This document shows positions 1 to 14,049 of a stretch of 64,000 bases of DNA, in pieces. The stretch comes from the human T2T-CHM13v2.0 reference genome, Homo sapiens. The stretch lies in NCBI RefSeq assembly GCF_009914755.1, contig NC_060933.1; one strand, 5' to 3'. The notes below the pieces were generated by a model. The model ran no database searches and was not told the origin of the DNA. It worked only from the letters and a program-made list of their open reading frames with translations. Within the stretch, counting starts at the first letter, position 1, and the number at the start of each line of letters is the position of its first letter. The position numbers and the translations under genes are program-made.

Positions 1-431
1 ATGGAATCAACCCGAGTAGAATGGAATGGAAAGGAATGGAATGGAATGGAATGGAATGGAATGGAATGGAATCAACCCGAATGCAATGGAATGGAGAGGA
101 ACGGTATGGAGTGGAATGGAAACTACCGAAATGGAATGGAATGTAACGGAGTGTAAGGGAATTGAATAGAATCAATCCGAATGTAATGGAATGGAATGGA
201 ACGGAATGGAATGGAATGGAATGGAATGGAATGGAATGGAATGCAATGGAATGGAATCAACCCGAGTGCAATCGAATGGAATCGAATGGAATGGAATGCA
301 ATTGAATGGATTCAACTTGAATGGAATGGAAAGAATGGAATCAACACGAGTGGAATGGCATGGATTGGAATGGAATGTAATGGAATCAACCCGAGTACAG
401 GGGAATGGAATGGAATGGAATGCAATGGAAT

Positions 432-446
432 GGAATCTTCCGGAAT
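432..446. promoter_or_regulatory. Perfect heat-shock element consensus nGAAnnTTCnnGAAn (representative left-arm copy)
   Basis: gGAAt-cTTCc-gGAAt. Also at 4444, 6333, 8320 (gGAAa variant) and 10676. Motif match only; binding is not shown. Confidence 0.5.
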
Positions 447-1299
447 GGAATGGAATGGAATGGAATGGAATGGAATGGAATGGAATGAAATGCAATGGAT
501 TCAACTCGATTGCAATGGAATGGAATAGAATGGAATGGAATGGAATGGAATGGAATTAAACCGAATAGAATGGAATGGAACGGAATGGAACGGAATGGAA
601 CGGAATGGAATGGAATGGAATGGAATGGAATTTTATGTAACGGAAAGGAATGGTACGGAATTGAATGGAATGGAAAGAATTGGAATGGAATGGAATGGAA
701 TGGAATGGAATGGAATGGAATGGAATCAACCCGAGTGCAGGGGAATGTAATGGAACGGAATGCAATGGAATGGAATCATCCGGAATGGAATGGAATGGAA
801 TGGAGTGGAATGGAATGGAATGGAATCAACCTGAGTGCAATGGAATGGAGTGGAATGGAATGGAATGGAATGGAACACCCCGAATGGAAAGGAATGTAAT
901 GGAGAGTAAGGGAGTTGAATAGAATCAATCCGAATGTAATGGAATGGAATGGAATGGAATGGAAAGGAATGGAATGGAATGGAATGCAATGGAATGGAAT
1001 CAACCCGAGTACAATGGAATGGAATGGAATGGAATGGAATGGAATGGAATGGAATGGAATCAACCTGAGTGCAATGGAATGGAGTGGAATGGAATGGAAT
1101 GGAATGGAACAACCCGAATGGAATGGAATGTAATGGAGAGTAAGGGAGTTGAATAGAATCCATCCGAAAGTAAAGGAATGGAATGGAACGGAATGGAATG
1201 GAATGGAATGGAATGGAATGGAATGCAATGGAATGGAATCAACCCGAGTACAATGGAATAGAATGGAATGGAATGGAATGGAATGGAATGGAATGGAAT

Positions 1300-4200
1300 G
1301 GAATCATCCCGAGTGCAATGGAATGGAGAGGAATGGAATGGAATGCAATGGAATCTACCCGAATGGAATGGAATGAAATGGAGTGTAAGGGAATTGAATA
1401 GAATAAATCCGAATGGAATGGAATGGAATGGAACGGAATGTAATGTAATGTAATGGAATGGAATCAACCCGAGTGCAGGGGAATGGAATGGAATGCAATG
1501 CAATATAATGGAATCATCCGGAATGGAATGGAATGGAATGGAATGGAATGGAATTGAATGGAATGGAATCAACCCGAGTGCAATGCAATGGAGTGAAATG
1601 GAATGGAATGGAATGGAAACAACCAGAATGGATTGGAATATAATGGAGTGTAAGGGAATTGAATAGAATCAATCTGAATGTAATGAAATGGAATGGAACG
1701 GAATGGAATGGAATGGAATGGAATGGAATGCAATGGAATGGAATCAACCCGAGTGCAATCGAATGGAATCGAATGGAATCGAATGCAATGGAATGGATTC
1801 AACTTGAATGGAATGGAAAGAATGGAGTCAACACGAGTGGAATGGCATGGATTGGAATGGAATGGAATGGAATCAACCCGAGTACAGGGGAATGGAATGG
1901 AATGGAATGCAATGGAATCGAATCATCCGTAATGGAATGGAAAGGAATGGAATGGAATGGAATGGAATGGAATGGAATGGAATCAACTCGATTGCAATCG
2001 AATGGAATGCAATGGAATTAACCCGAATAGAATGGAATGGAACGGAATGGAACGAAACGGAATGGAATGGATTGGAATGGAATGGAACGGAAAGGAATGG
2101 AATGGAATGGAATGGAATGGAATGGAGTGGAATGGAATGGAATGGAATCAACGAGAGTGCAGGGGAATGGAATGGAATGGAATGGAATGGAATGGAATGG
2201 AATGGAATGGAATGGAAAGGAATCAAGCCGAGTGCAGGGGAATGTAATGGAACGGAATGCAATGGAATGGAATCATCCGGAATGGAATGGAATGGAAGGG
2301 AATGGAATGGAATGGAGTGGAATGGAATGGAATGGAATGGAACAACCCGAATGGAATGTAATGTAATGGAGAGTAACGGAGTTGAATAGAATCAATCCAA
2401 ATGTAATGGAATGGAATGGAACGGAATGGAATGGAATGGAATGGAATGGAATGCAATGGAATGGAATCAACCCGAGTAGAATAGAATGGAAAGGAATGGA
2501 ATGGAATGGAATACAATGGAATGGAATCAACCCGAATGCAATGGAATGGAGAGGAATGGAATGGAATGGAATGGAATGGAAACTACGCGAATGGAATGGA
2601 AGGTAACGGAGTGTAAGGGAATTGAATAGAATCAATCCGAATGTAATGGAATGGAATGGAAAGGAATGGAATGGAATGGAATGGAATGAAATGGAATGCA
2701 ATGGAATGGAATCAACCCGAGTGCAATCGAATGGAATAGAACGGAATGGAATGCAATGGAATGGATTCAACTTGAATGCAATGGAAAGAATGGAATCAAC
2801 ACGAGTGGAATGGCATGGATTGGAATGGAATGGAAGGGAATCAACCCGAGTGCAATGGAACAGAGAGGAATGGAATGGAATGCAATGGAAACTACCCGAA
2901 TGGAATGGAATGTAATGGAGTGTAAGGGAATTGAATAGAATCTATCCGAATGGAATGGAATGCAATGGAACGGAATGCAATGTAATGGAATGGAATGGAA
3001 TCAACCCGAGTGCAGTGGAATGGTATGGAATGCAATGAAATATAATGGAATCATCCGGAATGGAATGGAATGGAATGGAATGGAATGGAATGGAATGGAA
3101 TGGAATCAACCCGAGTGCAATGGAATGGAGAGAAATGGAATGGAATGGAATGGAAACAACCAGAATGGATTGTAATATAATGGAGTGTAAGGGAATTGAA
3201 TAGAATCAATCTGAATGTAATGAAATGGAATGGAACGGAATGGAATGGAATGGAATGGAATGGAATGCAATGGAATGGAATAAACCCGAGTGCAATCGAA
3301 TGGAATCGAATGGAATGGAATGCAATGGAATGGATTCAACTTGAATGGAATGGAAAGAATGGAATCAACACGAGTGGAATGGCATGGATTGGAATGGAAT
3401 GGAATGGAATCAACCCGAGTACAGGGGAATGGAATGGAATGGAATGCAATGGAATGGAATCATCTGTAATGGAATGGAAAGGAATTGAATGGAATGGAAT
3501 GAAATTGAATGGAATGGAATGGAATCAACTCGATTGCAATCGAATGGAATGTAATGGAACTAACCCGAATAGAATGGAATGGAACGGAATGGAACGGAAC
3601 GGAATGGAATGGATTGGAATGGAATGGAACGGAAAGGAATGGAATGGAATGGAATGGAATGGAATGGAGTGGAATGGAATGGAATGGAATCAACGCGAGT
3701 ACAGGGGAATGGAATGGAATAGAATGGAATGGAATGGAATGGAATGGAATCAACCCGAGTGCAGGGGAATGTAATGGAACGGAATTCAATGGAATGGAAT
3801 CATCCGGAATGGAATGGAATGGAATGGAATGGAATGGAATGGAATGGAGTGGAATGGAATGGAATGGAGTGGAATGGAATGGAATGGAATGGAACAACCC
3901 GAATGGAATGTAATGTAATGGAGAGTAAGGGAGTTGAATAGAATCAATCCAAATGTAATGGAATGGAATGGAACGGAATGGAATGGAATGGAATGGAATG
4001 GAATGCTATGGAATGGAATCAACCCGAGTAGAATGGAATGGAAAGGAATGGAATGGAATGGAATGGAATGGAATGGAATGGAATCAACCCGAATGCAATG
4101 GAATGGAGAGGAACGGTATGGAGTGGAATGGAAACTACCGAAATGGAATGGAATGTAACGGAGTGTAAGGGAATTGAATAGAATCAATCCGAATGTAATG

Positions 4201-4390
4201 GAATGGAATGGAACGGAATGGAATGGAATGGAATGGAATGGAATGGAATGGAATGCAATGGAATGGAATCAACCCGAGTGCAATCGAATGGAATCGAATG
4301 GAATGGAATGCAATTGAATGGATTCAACTTGAATGGAATGGAAAGAATGGAATCAACACGAGTGGAATGGCATGGATTGGAATGGAATGT
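1300..4390 (+). repeat. Older ~1.54-1.55 kb tandem duplication (~1300-2840 / ~2840-4390)
   Basis: AACCAGAATGGATT..AATCAATCTGAATGTAATGAAATGG at ~1621 and ~3158; TATAATGGAATCATCCGG at ~1504 and ~3041; AATCAATCCAAATG at ~2390 and ~3942. Confidence 0.8.
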
Positions 4391-5089
4391 AATGGAATCA
4401 ACCCGAGTACAGGGGAATGGAATGGAATGGAATGCAATGGAATGGAATCTTCCGGAATGGAATGGAATGGAATGGAATGGAATGGAATGGAATGGAATGA
4501 AATGCAATGGATTCAACTCGATTGCAATGGAATGGAATAGAATGGAATGGAATGGAATGGAATGGAATTAAACCGAATAGAATGGAATGGAACGGAATGG
4601 AACGGAATGGAACGGAACGGAATGGAATGGAATGGAATGCAATGGAATGGAATGGAATGGTATGGCATGGAATGGAATGGTACGGAATAGAATGGAATGG
4701 ATCGAATTGTAATGGAATGGAATTGAATGGAATGGAATGGAATGGAATGGAATGGAATCAACGCGAGTGCAGGGGAATATAATGGAACGGAATGCAATGG
4801 AATGGAATCATCTGTAATGGAATGGAATGGAATGGAATGGAATGGAATGGAATCAACCTGAGTGCAATGGAATGGAGTGGAATGGAATGGAATGTAATGG
4901 AATGGAACAACCCAAATGGAATGGAATGTAATGGAGAGTAAGGGAGTTGAATAGAATCAATCCGAATGTAATGGAATGAAATGTAACGGAATGGAATGGA
5001 ATGGAATGCAATGGAATGCAATCAACCCGAGTACAATGGAATGGAATGGAATGGAATGGAATGGAATGGAATGGAATGGAATGGAATGG

Positions 5090-5780
5090 AAAGGAACTGA
5101 ATGGAATGGAATGACTTCAAACCGAATGGAATGGAAAGGAATGGAATCAACACCAGTGGCATGGAATGGAATGGAATGGAATGGAATGGAATGGAATGGT
5201 ACGAAATAGAATGGAATGGAACGAAATGGAATGGAATGGAATGGAATGGAATGGAATGGAATGGAATGGAATGGAATGGAATCGTTCCAAGTGGAATAGG
5301 AGGGAATGTATTCGAGTGGAATGGAAAGGAATGGAATCAAACAGAGTGGAATGGAAGGGAATGGAATGGAATGGAAACTAATAGAGTGGAATCAACCCGA
5401 GTGGAATGGAATGGAATGGAATGGAATGGAAAGGAATTGAATGGAATGGAATGACTTCAAACCGAATGGAATGGAAAGGAATGGAATCAACACGAGTGGA
5501 ATGGAATGGAATGGAATGGAATGGAATGGAATGGAATCGTACGGAATAGAATGGAATGGAACGAAATGCAATGGAATGGAATGGAATGGAATGGAATGGA
5601 ATGGAATGGAATGGAAAGGAATGGAATCGTTCCGAGTGGAATAGGAGGGAATGTATTCGAGTGGAATGGAAAGGAATGGAATCAACCAGCGTGGAATGGA
5701 AGGGAATGGAATGGAATGGAAACTAATAGAATGGAATCAACCCGAGAGGAATGGAATGGAAAGGACTGGAATGGAATGGA
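5090..5780 (+). repeat. ~340-345 bp tandem duplication
   Basis: GACTTCAAACCGAATGG at ~5113 and ~5453; ATCGTTCC(A/G)AGTGGAATAGGAGGGAATGTATTCGAG at 5281 and ~5626. Confidence 0.85.
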
Positions 5781-7059
5781 ATGGAATGGAATCAACTCGA
5801 TTGCAATGGAATGGAATGGAATGGAAAGGAATAGAATGGAATCAACCTGAGTGGAATGGAATGGAAAGGACTGGAATGGAGTGGAATGAAATGGAATGGA
5901 ATGGAATGGAATCAACTCAATTGGAATGGAATGGAATGGAATGGAATGGAATGGAATGGAATGGAATGGAATTAACCCGAATAGAATGGAATGGAATGGA
6001 ATGGAACGGAATGGAATGGAATGGAATGGAATGGAATGGAATGGAATGGAATCAACCCGACTGCAGGGGAACGGAATGGAATGGATTGCAATGGAATGGA
6101 ATCATCCGGAACGGAATGGAATGGAATGGAATTTAATCAATTCGATTGCAATGGAATGGAATGGAATGGAATGGAATGGAATGGAATTAACCCGAATAGA
6201 ATGGAATGGAATGGAATGGAACGGAACGGAATGGAATGGAATGGAATGGAACGGAACGGAATGGAATGTAATGGAATGGAATGGAATCAACGCGAGTGCA
6301 GGGGAATGGAATGGAATGGAATGCAATGGAATGGAATCTTCCGGAATGGAATGGAATGGAATGGAATGGAATGAAATGCAATGGATTCAACTCGATTGCA
6401 ATGGAATGGAATAGAATGGAATGGAATGGAATGGAATGGAATTAATCCGAATAGAATGCAATGGAATGGAATGGAACGGAATGGAACGGAATGGAATGGA
6501 ATGGAATGGAATGGAATGGAATGGAATGGAATGGTATGGAATGGAATGGAATGGTACGGAATAGAATGGAATGGAACGAATTGTAATGCAATGGAATTGA
6601 ATGGAATGGAATGGAATGGAATGGAATCAACGCGAGTGCAGGGGAATGCAATGGAACGGAATGCAATGGAATGGAATCATCCGGAATGGAATGGAATGGA
6701 ATGGAATCAACCCGAGTACAATGGAATGGAGTGGAATGGAATTGAATGGAATGGAACAACCCGAATGGAATGTAATGTAATGGAGAGTAAGGGAGTTGAA
6801 TAGAATCAATCCGAATGTAATGGAATGGAATGCAACGGAATGGAATGGAATGGAATGGAATGCAATGGAATGGAATCAACCCGAGTACAATGGAATGGAA
6901 TGGAATGGAATGGAATGATACGGAATAGAATGGAATGGAACGAAATGGAATGGAATGGAATGGAATGGAATGGAATGGAATGGAATCGTTCCGAGTGGAA
7001 TAGGAGGGAATGTATTCGAGTGGAATGGAAAGGAATGGAATCAACCAGAGTGGAATGGA

Positions 7060-7400
7060 AGGGAATGGAATGGAATGGAAACTAATAGAATGGAATCAAC
7101 CCGAGTGGAATGGAATGGAAAGGACTGGAATGGAATGGAATGGAATGGAATCAACTCGATTGTAATGGAATGGAATGGAATGGAATGGAATGGAATGGAA
7201 TGGAATGGAATGGAATGGAATGGAATGGAGTGGAATGGAATTAACACGAATACAATGGAAGGGAATGGAATGGAATGGAAACTAATAGAATGGAATCAAC
7301 CCGAGTGGAATGGAATGGAAAGGACTGGAATGGAATGGAATGGAATGGAATCAACTCGATTGTAATGGAATGGAATGGAATGGAATGGAATGGAAAGGAA
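7060..7400 (+). repeat. 200-bp offset local duplication
   Basis: GGAAACTAATAGAATGGAATCAACCCGAGTGGAATGGAATGGAAAGGACTGG at ~7077 and ~7277. Confidence 0.8.
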
Positions 7401-10400
7401 TGGAATTAACCCCAATACAATGGAATGGAATGGAATGGAATGCAATGGAATGGAGTGGAATGAAATGGAATCAACCCGAGTGCAGGGGAATGGAATGGAA
7501 TGGAATGCAATGGAATGGAATCATCCGGAATGGAATGGAATTTAATGGAATGCAAAGCAATGGAATCAACTCGATTGCAATGGAATGGAATGGAATGGAA
7601 AGGAATACATTGGAATCAACCCGAGTGGAATGGAATGGAAAGGACTGGAATGGAGTGGAATGGAATGGAATGCAATGGAATGGAATGGAATGGAATCAAC
7701 TTGATTGGAATGGAATGGAATGGAATGGAATGGAATGGAATCAACCCGACTGCAGGGGAATGGAATGGAATGGAATGCAATGGAATGGATTCAACTTGAA
7801 TGGAATGGAAAGAATGGAATCAACACGAGTGGAATGGCATGGATTAGAATGGAATGGAATGGAATCAACCCTAGTACAGGGGAATGGAATGGAATGGAAT
7901 GCAATGGAATGGAATCATCCGTAATGGAATGGAAAGGAATGGAATGGAATGGAATGGAATGGAATGGAATGGAATCAACTCGATTGCAATCGAATGGAAT
8001 GGAATGGAATTAACCCGAATAGAATGGAATGGAATGGAATGGAACGGAACGGAATGGAATGGAATGGAATGGAATGGAATGGAACGGAACAGAAAGGAAT
8101 GGAATGGAATGGAATGGAATGGAATGGAATGGAATGGAATGGAATGGAATCAACCCGAGTGCAATGGAATGGAGTGGAATGGAATGGAATGGAATGGAAC
8201 AACCCGAATGGAATGGAATGTAATGGAGACTAAGGGAGTTTAATAGAATCAATCCGAATGGAATGGAATGGAATGGAACGGAATGGAATTGAATGGAATG
8301 GAATGGAATGCAATGGAATGGAAACTTCCGGAATGGAATGGAAGGGAATGGAATGGAATGGAATGAAATGCAATGGATTCAACTCGATTGCAATGGAATG
8401 GAATAGAACGGAATGGAATGGAATGGAATGGAATTAATCCGAATAGAATGGAATGGAATGGAATGGGATTAACCTGAATAGAATGGAATGGAATGGAATG
8501 GAACGGAATGGAATGGAATGGAATGGAATGCAATGGAATGGAATGGAACGGAATGGAATGGTATGGAATGGAATGGAATGGTACGGAATAGAATGGAATG
8601 GAACGAATTGTAATGGAATGGAATTGAATGGAATGGAATGGAATGGAATGGAATCAACGCGAGCGCAGGGGAATGTAATGGAACGGAATGCAATGGAATG
8701 GAATCATCAGGAATGGAATGGAATGGAATGGAATGGAATGGAATGGAATGGAATGGAATCAACCCGAGTGCAATGGAATGGAGTGGAATGGAATGGAATG
8801 CAATGGAACAACCCGAATGGAATGGAATGTAATGGAGAGTAAGGGAGTTGAATAGAATCAATCGGAATGTAATGGAATGGAATGCAATGGAATGGAATGG
8901 AATGGAATCAACTCGAGTGGAAAGGAATGGAATGGAATGGAAAGGAATGGAATGAAATCAACTCGAGTGGAATGGAATTGAATGGAATGGAATGGAATGG
9001 AATAGAAGGTAATGGAATCAACACGAGTGCAGGGGAATGGAATGGAATGGAATGCAATGGAATGGAATCATCCGGAATGGAATGGAATGGAATGGAATCA
9101 ACTCCATTGCAATGGAATGGAATTGAATGGAATGGAATAGAATGGAATGGAATTAACCCGAATAGAATGGAATGCAATAGAATGGAATGGAACGGAACCG
9201 AATGGAGTGGAATGGAATGGAATGGAATCAACCTGAGTGCAGGGGAATGGAATGGAATGGAATGCAATGGAATGGAATCATCCGGAATGGAATGGAATGG
9301 AATGGAATGGAATCAAACCGAGTGCAATGGAATGGAGTGAAATGGAATGGAATGGAATGGAAACAACCAGAATGGATTGGAATATAATGGAGTGTTAGGG
9401 AATTGAATAGAATCAATCTGAATGTAATGAAATGGAATGGAACGGAATGGAATGGAATGGAATGGAATCGAATGGAATGGAATGGAATGGAATCAACCCG
9501 AGTGGAATGGCATGGAATGGAATGCAATGGAATGGAATGGAATGGAATGGAATAGTTCGGAATAGAATGGATTGAAACAAAATGGAATGGAATGGAATGG
9601 AATGGAATGGAATGGAATAGAATGGAATGGAATGGAATCAAGTCGATTGCAGTGGAATAGAATGGAATGGAATGGAACGGGTTGGAATGGAATGGAATGG
9701 AATGGAATGCAATTAAATGGAATGGAAAGGAATGGAATCAACCCGAGTGCAGGGGAAAGGAATGGAATGGAATGCAATGGAATGGAATGGAATGGAATGG
9801 AATGGAATGGAATGGAATCAACCCGAGTGGAATGGCATGGAATGGAATGCAAAGGAATGGAATGGAATGGAATCAACTCGAGTGGAAAGGAATGGAATGG
9901 AATGGAAAGGAATGGAATGAAATCAACTCGAGTGGAATGGAATATAATGGAATGGATTGGAATGGATTGCAATGGAATGAAATGGAATGGAATGGAATGG
10001 AATCAATCATTCCGAGTGGAATGGAAGGGAATGTAATGGAGTGGAAAGAAGGGAATGGAATCAACCCGAGTGGCATGCAAGGCAATGGAATGGAATGGAA
10101 AGGAATGGAATGGAATCAACTCGATTGCAATCGCATGGAATGGAATGGAATGGAATGGAAAGGAATGGAATGGAATGAAATGGGATGGAATGGAATGCAA
10201 TGGAATGGAATCAACCCGAGTGCAATCGAATGGAATCGAATGGAATGGAATGCAATGGAATGGATTCAACTTGAATGGAATGGAAAGAATGGAATCAACA
10301 CGAGTGGAATGGCATGGATTGGAATGGAATGGAATGGAATCAACCCGAGTACAGGGGAATGGAATGGAATGGAATGCAATGGAATGGAATCATCCGTAAT

Positions 10401-11050
10401 GGAAAGGAAAGGAATGGAATGGAATGGAATGGAATGGAATGGAATGGAATCAACTCGATTGCAATCGAATGGAATGGAATGGAATTAACCCGAATAGAAT
10501 GGAATGGAATGGAATGGAACGGAACGGAACGGAATGGAATGGAATGGAATGGAATGGAATGGAATGGAATGGAACGGAAAGGAATGGAATGGAATGGAAT
10601 GGAATGGAATGGAATGGAATGGAATGGAATCAACGCGAGTGCAGGGGAATGGAATGTAATGGAATGTAATGGAATGGAATCTTCCGGAATGGAATGGAAT
10701 GGAATGGAATCAACCCGAGTGCAATGGAATGGAGTGGAATGGAATGGAATGGAATGGAACAACCTGAATGGAATCGAATGTAATGGAGAGTAAGGGAGTT
10801 GAATAGAATCAATCCGAATGTAATGGAATGGAATGGAACGGAATGGAATTGAATGGAATGGAATGGAATGCAATGGAATGGAATCAACCCGAGTGCAATG
10901 GAATGGAGAGGAGGGGAATGGAATGGAGTGGAAACTACCCGAATGGAATGGAATGTAATGGAGTGTAAGGGAATTGAATAGAATCAATCCGAATGTAATG
11001 GAATGGAATGGAACGGAATGGAATGGAATGGAATGGAATGGAAAGAAGGG

Positions 11051-11078
11051 AATGGAATCAACCCGAGTTGATTCCATT
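11051..11078. other. Intra-array inversion breakpoint with a 12-bp perfect inverted repeat
   Basis: AATGGAATCAAC (11051-11062), CCGA loop (11063-11066), GTTGATTCCATT (11067-11078). Strand composition flips here with no inserted foreign sequence. Confidence 0.95.
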
Positions 11079-14049
11079 GCTTTGTATTCCGTTCCATTCC
11101 ATTCCTTTTCATTGTATTCGGGGTAATTCCATTGCATTCCATTCCATTCCTTTCCATTCCATTCCATTCCATTACAATGGAGTTGATTCCATTCCATTCC
11201 ATTCCATTCCATTCCATTCCATTCTATTCCAGTCCTTTCCATTCCATTCCACTCGGGTTGATTCCATTCTATTAGTTTCCATTCCATTCCATTCCCTTCC
11301 ATTGCACTCTGGTTGATTCCATTCCTTTCCATTTCACTCGAATACATTCCCTCCTATTCCACTCGGAACGATTCCATTCCTTTCCATTCCATTCCATTCC
11401 ATTCCATTCCATTCCATTCCATTCCATTCCATTTCGTTGCATTCCATTCCATTCCGTACCATTCCATTCCATTCCATTCCATTCCATTCGATTCCATTCC
11501 ACTCGTGTTGATTACATTCCTTTCCATTCCATTCAGTTTGAAGGCATTCCATTCCATTCAATTCCATTCCATTCCATTCCATTCCATTACATTACATTGT
11601 AGTCGGGTTGATTCCATTCCATTGCATTCTATTCCATTCCATTCCATTCCATTCCATTCCATTCCATTCCATTCCGGATGATTCCATTCCATTGCATTCC
11701 ATTCCATTCCATTCCCCTGCACTCGGGTTGATTACATTCCATTCCCTTCCCTTCCATTCCTTTCCATTCCATTCCATTCCATTCTATTCGGGTGAATTCC
11801 ATTCCATTCCATTCCATTCCATTCCATTCCATTCCATTGTAATCGAGTTGATTCCATTACATTCCATTCCATTCCGTTCCGGATGATTCCATTCCATTGC
11901 ATTCCATTCCATTCCATTCCCCTGCAGTCGGTTTGATTCCTTTCCATTCCATTCCATTCCATTCCATTCTATTCCTTTCCGTTCCATTCCATTCCATTCC
12001 ATTCTATTCGGGTTAATTCCATTCCATTCCTTTCCATTCCATTCCAATCGAGTTAATTCCATTCCATTGCATTCCATTCCTCTCCATTCCAGTCCTTTCC
12101 ATTCCATTCCACTCGGGTTGATTCCATTCTATTCCTTTCCATTCCATTCCATTGCAATCGAGTTGATTCCATTGCATTGCATTCCATTCCATTCCATTCC
12201 GGATGATTCCATTCCATTGCATTCCATTCCATTCCATTCCCCTGCACTCGGGTTGAATCCATTCCATTCCACTCCATTGCGTTTCATTGCATTCCATTCC
12301 ATTTTATTCGGGTTAATTCCATTCCATTCTATTCCATTCCATTCCATTCCATTCCATTACAATCGAGTTGATTCCATTCCATTCCATTCCATTCCATTCC
12401 ATTCCATTCCATTCCATTCCATTCCATTCCATTCCACTCGTGTTGATTCCATTCCTTTCTATTCCATTCGGTTTGAAGCCATTCCATCCCATTCAATTCC
12501 ATTCCATTCCTTTCCATTCCATTTCGGATGATGCCATTCCATTGCTTTCCATTCCATTCCATTCCCCTGTACTCAGGTTTATTCCATTCCATTCCATTGC
12601 AATCCATGCCATTCCACTCGTGTTGATTCCATTCTTTCCATTCCATTCAAGTTGAATCCATTCCAATGCATTCCATTCCATTCGATTCCATTGGATTTCA
12701 CTCGGTTTGATTCCATGGCATTGCATTCCATTCTATTCCATTCCATTCCATTCCATTCCATTCCTTTCTATTCCATTCCATTCCATTCGGATTCATTCTA
12801 ATCAATTCCCTTACACTCCATTACATTACATTCCATTCGGGTAGTTTCCATTCCATTCCATTCCATTCCATTCCTCTCCATTCCATTGCACACGGGTTGA
12901 TTCCATTCCATTCCACTCCATTCCATTCCATTCCATTCCATTCCATTCCATTCCGGATGATTCCATTCCATTGAATTCCATTCCATTCCATTCCCCTGCA
13001 CTTGGGTTGATTCTATTCCATTCCATTCCTTTCTGTTCCATTCCATTCCATTCCATTCCATTCTATTCGTGTTAATTCCATTCCATTCTATTCCATTCCA
13101 TTCCATTGAAATCGAGTTGATTCCATTCCATTCCATTCCATTCCAGATGATTCCATTCCATTGCATTCCATTCCATTCCATTCCCCTGCACTCGGGTTGA
13201 TTCCATTCCATTCCATTCCATTCCATTCCGTTCCATTCTGTTCCATTCCATTCTATTCGGGTTAATTCCATTCCATTCCATTCCAGTCCTTTCCATTCCA
13301 TTCCACTCGGGTTGATTCCATTCTATTCCTTTCCATTCTGTTCCATTCCATTGCAATCGAGTTGATTCCATTCGAGTTGAATCCATTCCATTCCATTCCA
13401 TTCCATTCCATTCCATTGAACACGGGTTCATTCCATTCCATTCCATTCCATTCCATTCCATTTCATTGCATTCCATTCTATTCCATACCATTCCATTCCA
13501 TCCCATTCCATTCCGTTCCATTCCATGCCATTACACTCGGGTTGATTCCATTCCTTTCCATTCCATTGTTGTTGAATCCATTCCATTCCATTCCATTCCA
13601 TTCGAATCCATTCCATTGCACTCGGGTTGATTCCATTCGATTCCATTCCATTTCATTTCATTCCATTCCATTCCATTACATTCGGATTGATTCTATTCAA
13701 TTCCCTTACACTCCATTACATTCCATTCCATTCGGGATGTTTCCACTCCATTCCATTCCATTCCACTCCATTCCATTGCATCAGGTTGATTGCATTCCAT
13801 TCCATTCCATTCCATTCCATTCCATTCCGGATGATTCCATTCCATTGCATTCCATTCCATTCCATTCCCCTGCACTCGGGTTGATTCCATTCCATTCCAT
13901 TCCATTCCATTCCATTCCATTCCATTCCGTTCCGTTCCGTTCCGTTCCATTCCACTCCATTCCAATCCATTCCATTCTATTCGGGTTAATTCCATTCCAT
14001 TCCATTCGTGTTGATCCATTCCATTCCATTCCATTCCACTCCATTCCAT

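Larger units (their letters stand above)
1..4617 (+). repeat. Near-identical duplication at 4012-bp offset (1-~605 matches 4013-~4617)
   Basis: ORF translations 172..504/4184..4516, 191..559/4203..4571 and 196..528/4208..4540 are identical at offset 4012. The private variants GAACGGTATGGAGTGG and AATTAAACCGAATAG are shared. The match ends at ~606/4618. Confidence 0.9.
1..11063 (+). repeat. HSat3 left arm, G-rich (GGAAT) strand on +
   Basis: The + strand reads GGAAT throughout 1-11063 and ends in ...GAAAGAAGGGAATGGAATCAACC. Confidence 0.97.

Noticed and set aside
10340-11347. 335-aa ORF (and + strand 11008..11316) changing from MEWNG-type to IPFHS-type sequence
   Set aside because: It only reflects reading across the inversion breakpoint and is not a two-domain protein.
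10000-12100. Long perfect palindrome or breakage-fusion-bridge fold-back at the strand switch
   Set aside because: Exact symmetry stops after 12 bp, and the motif order on the two sides is not mirrored.
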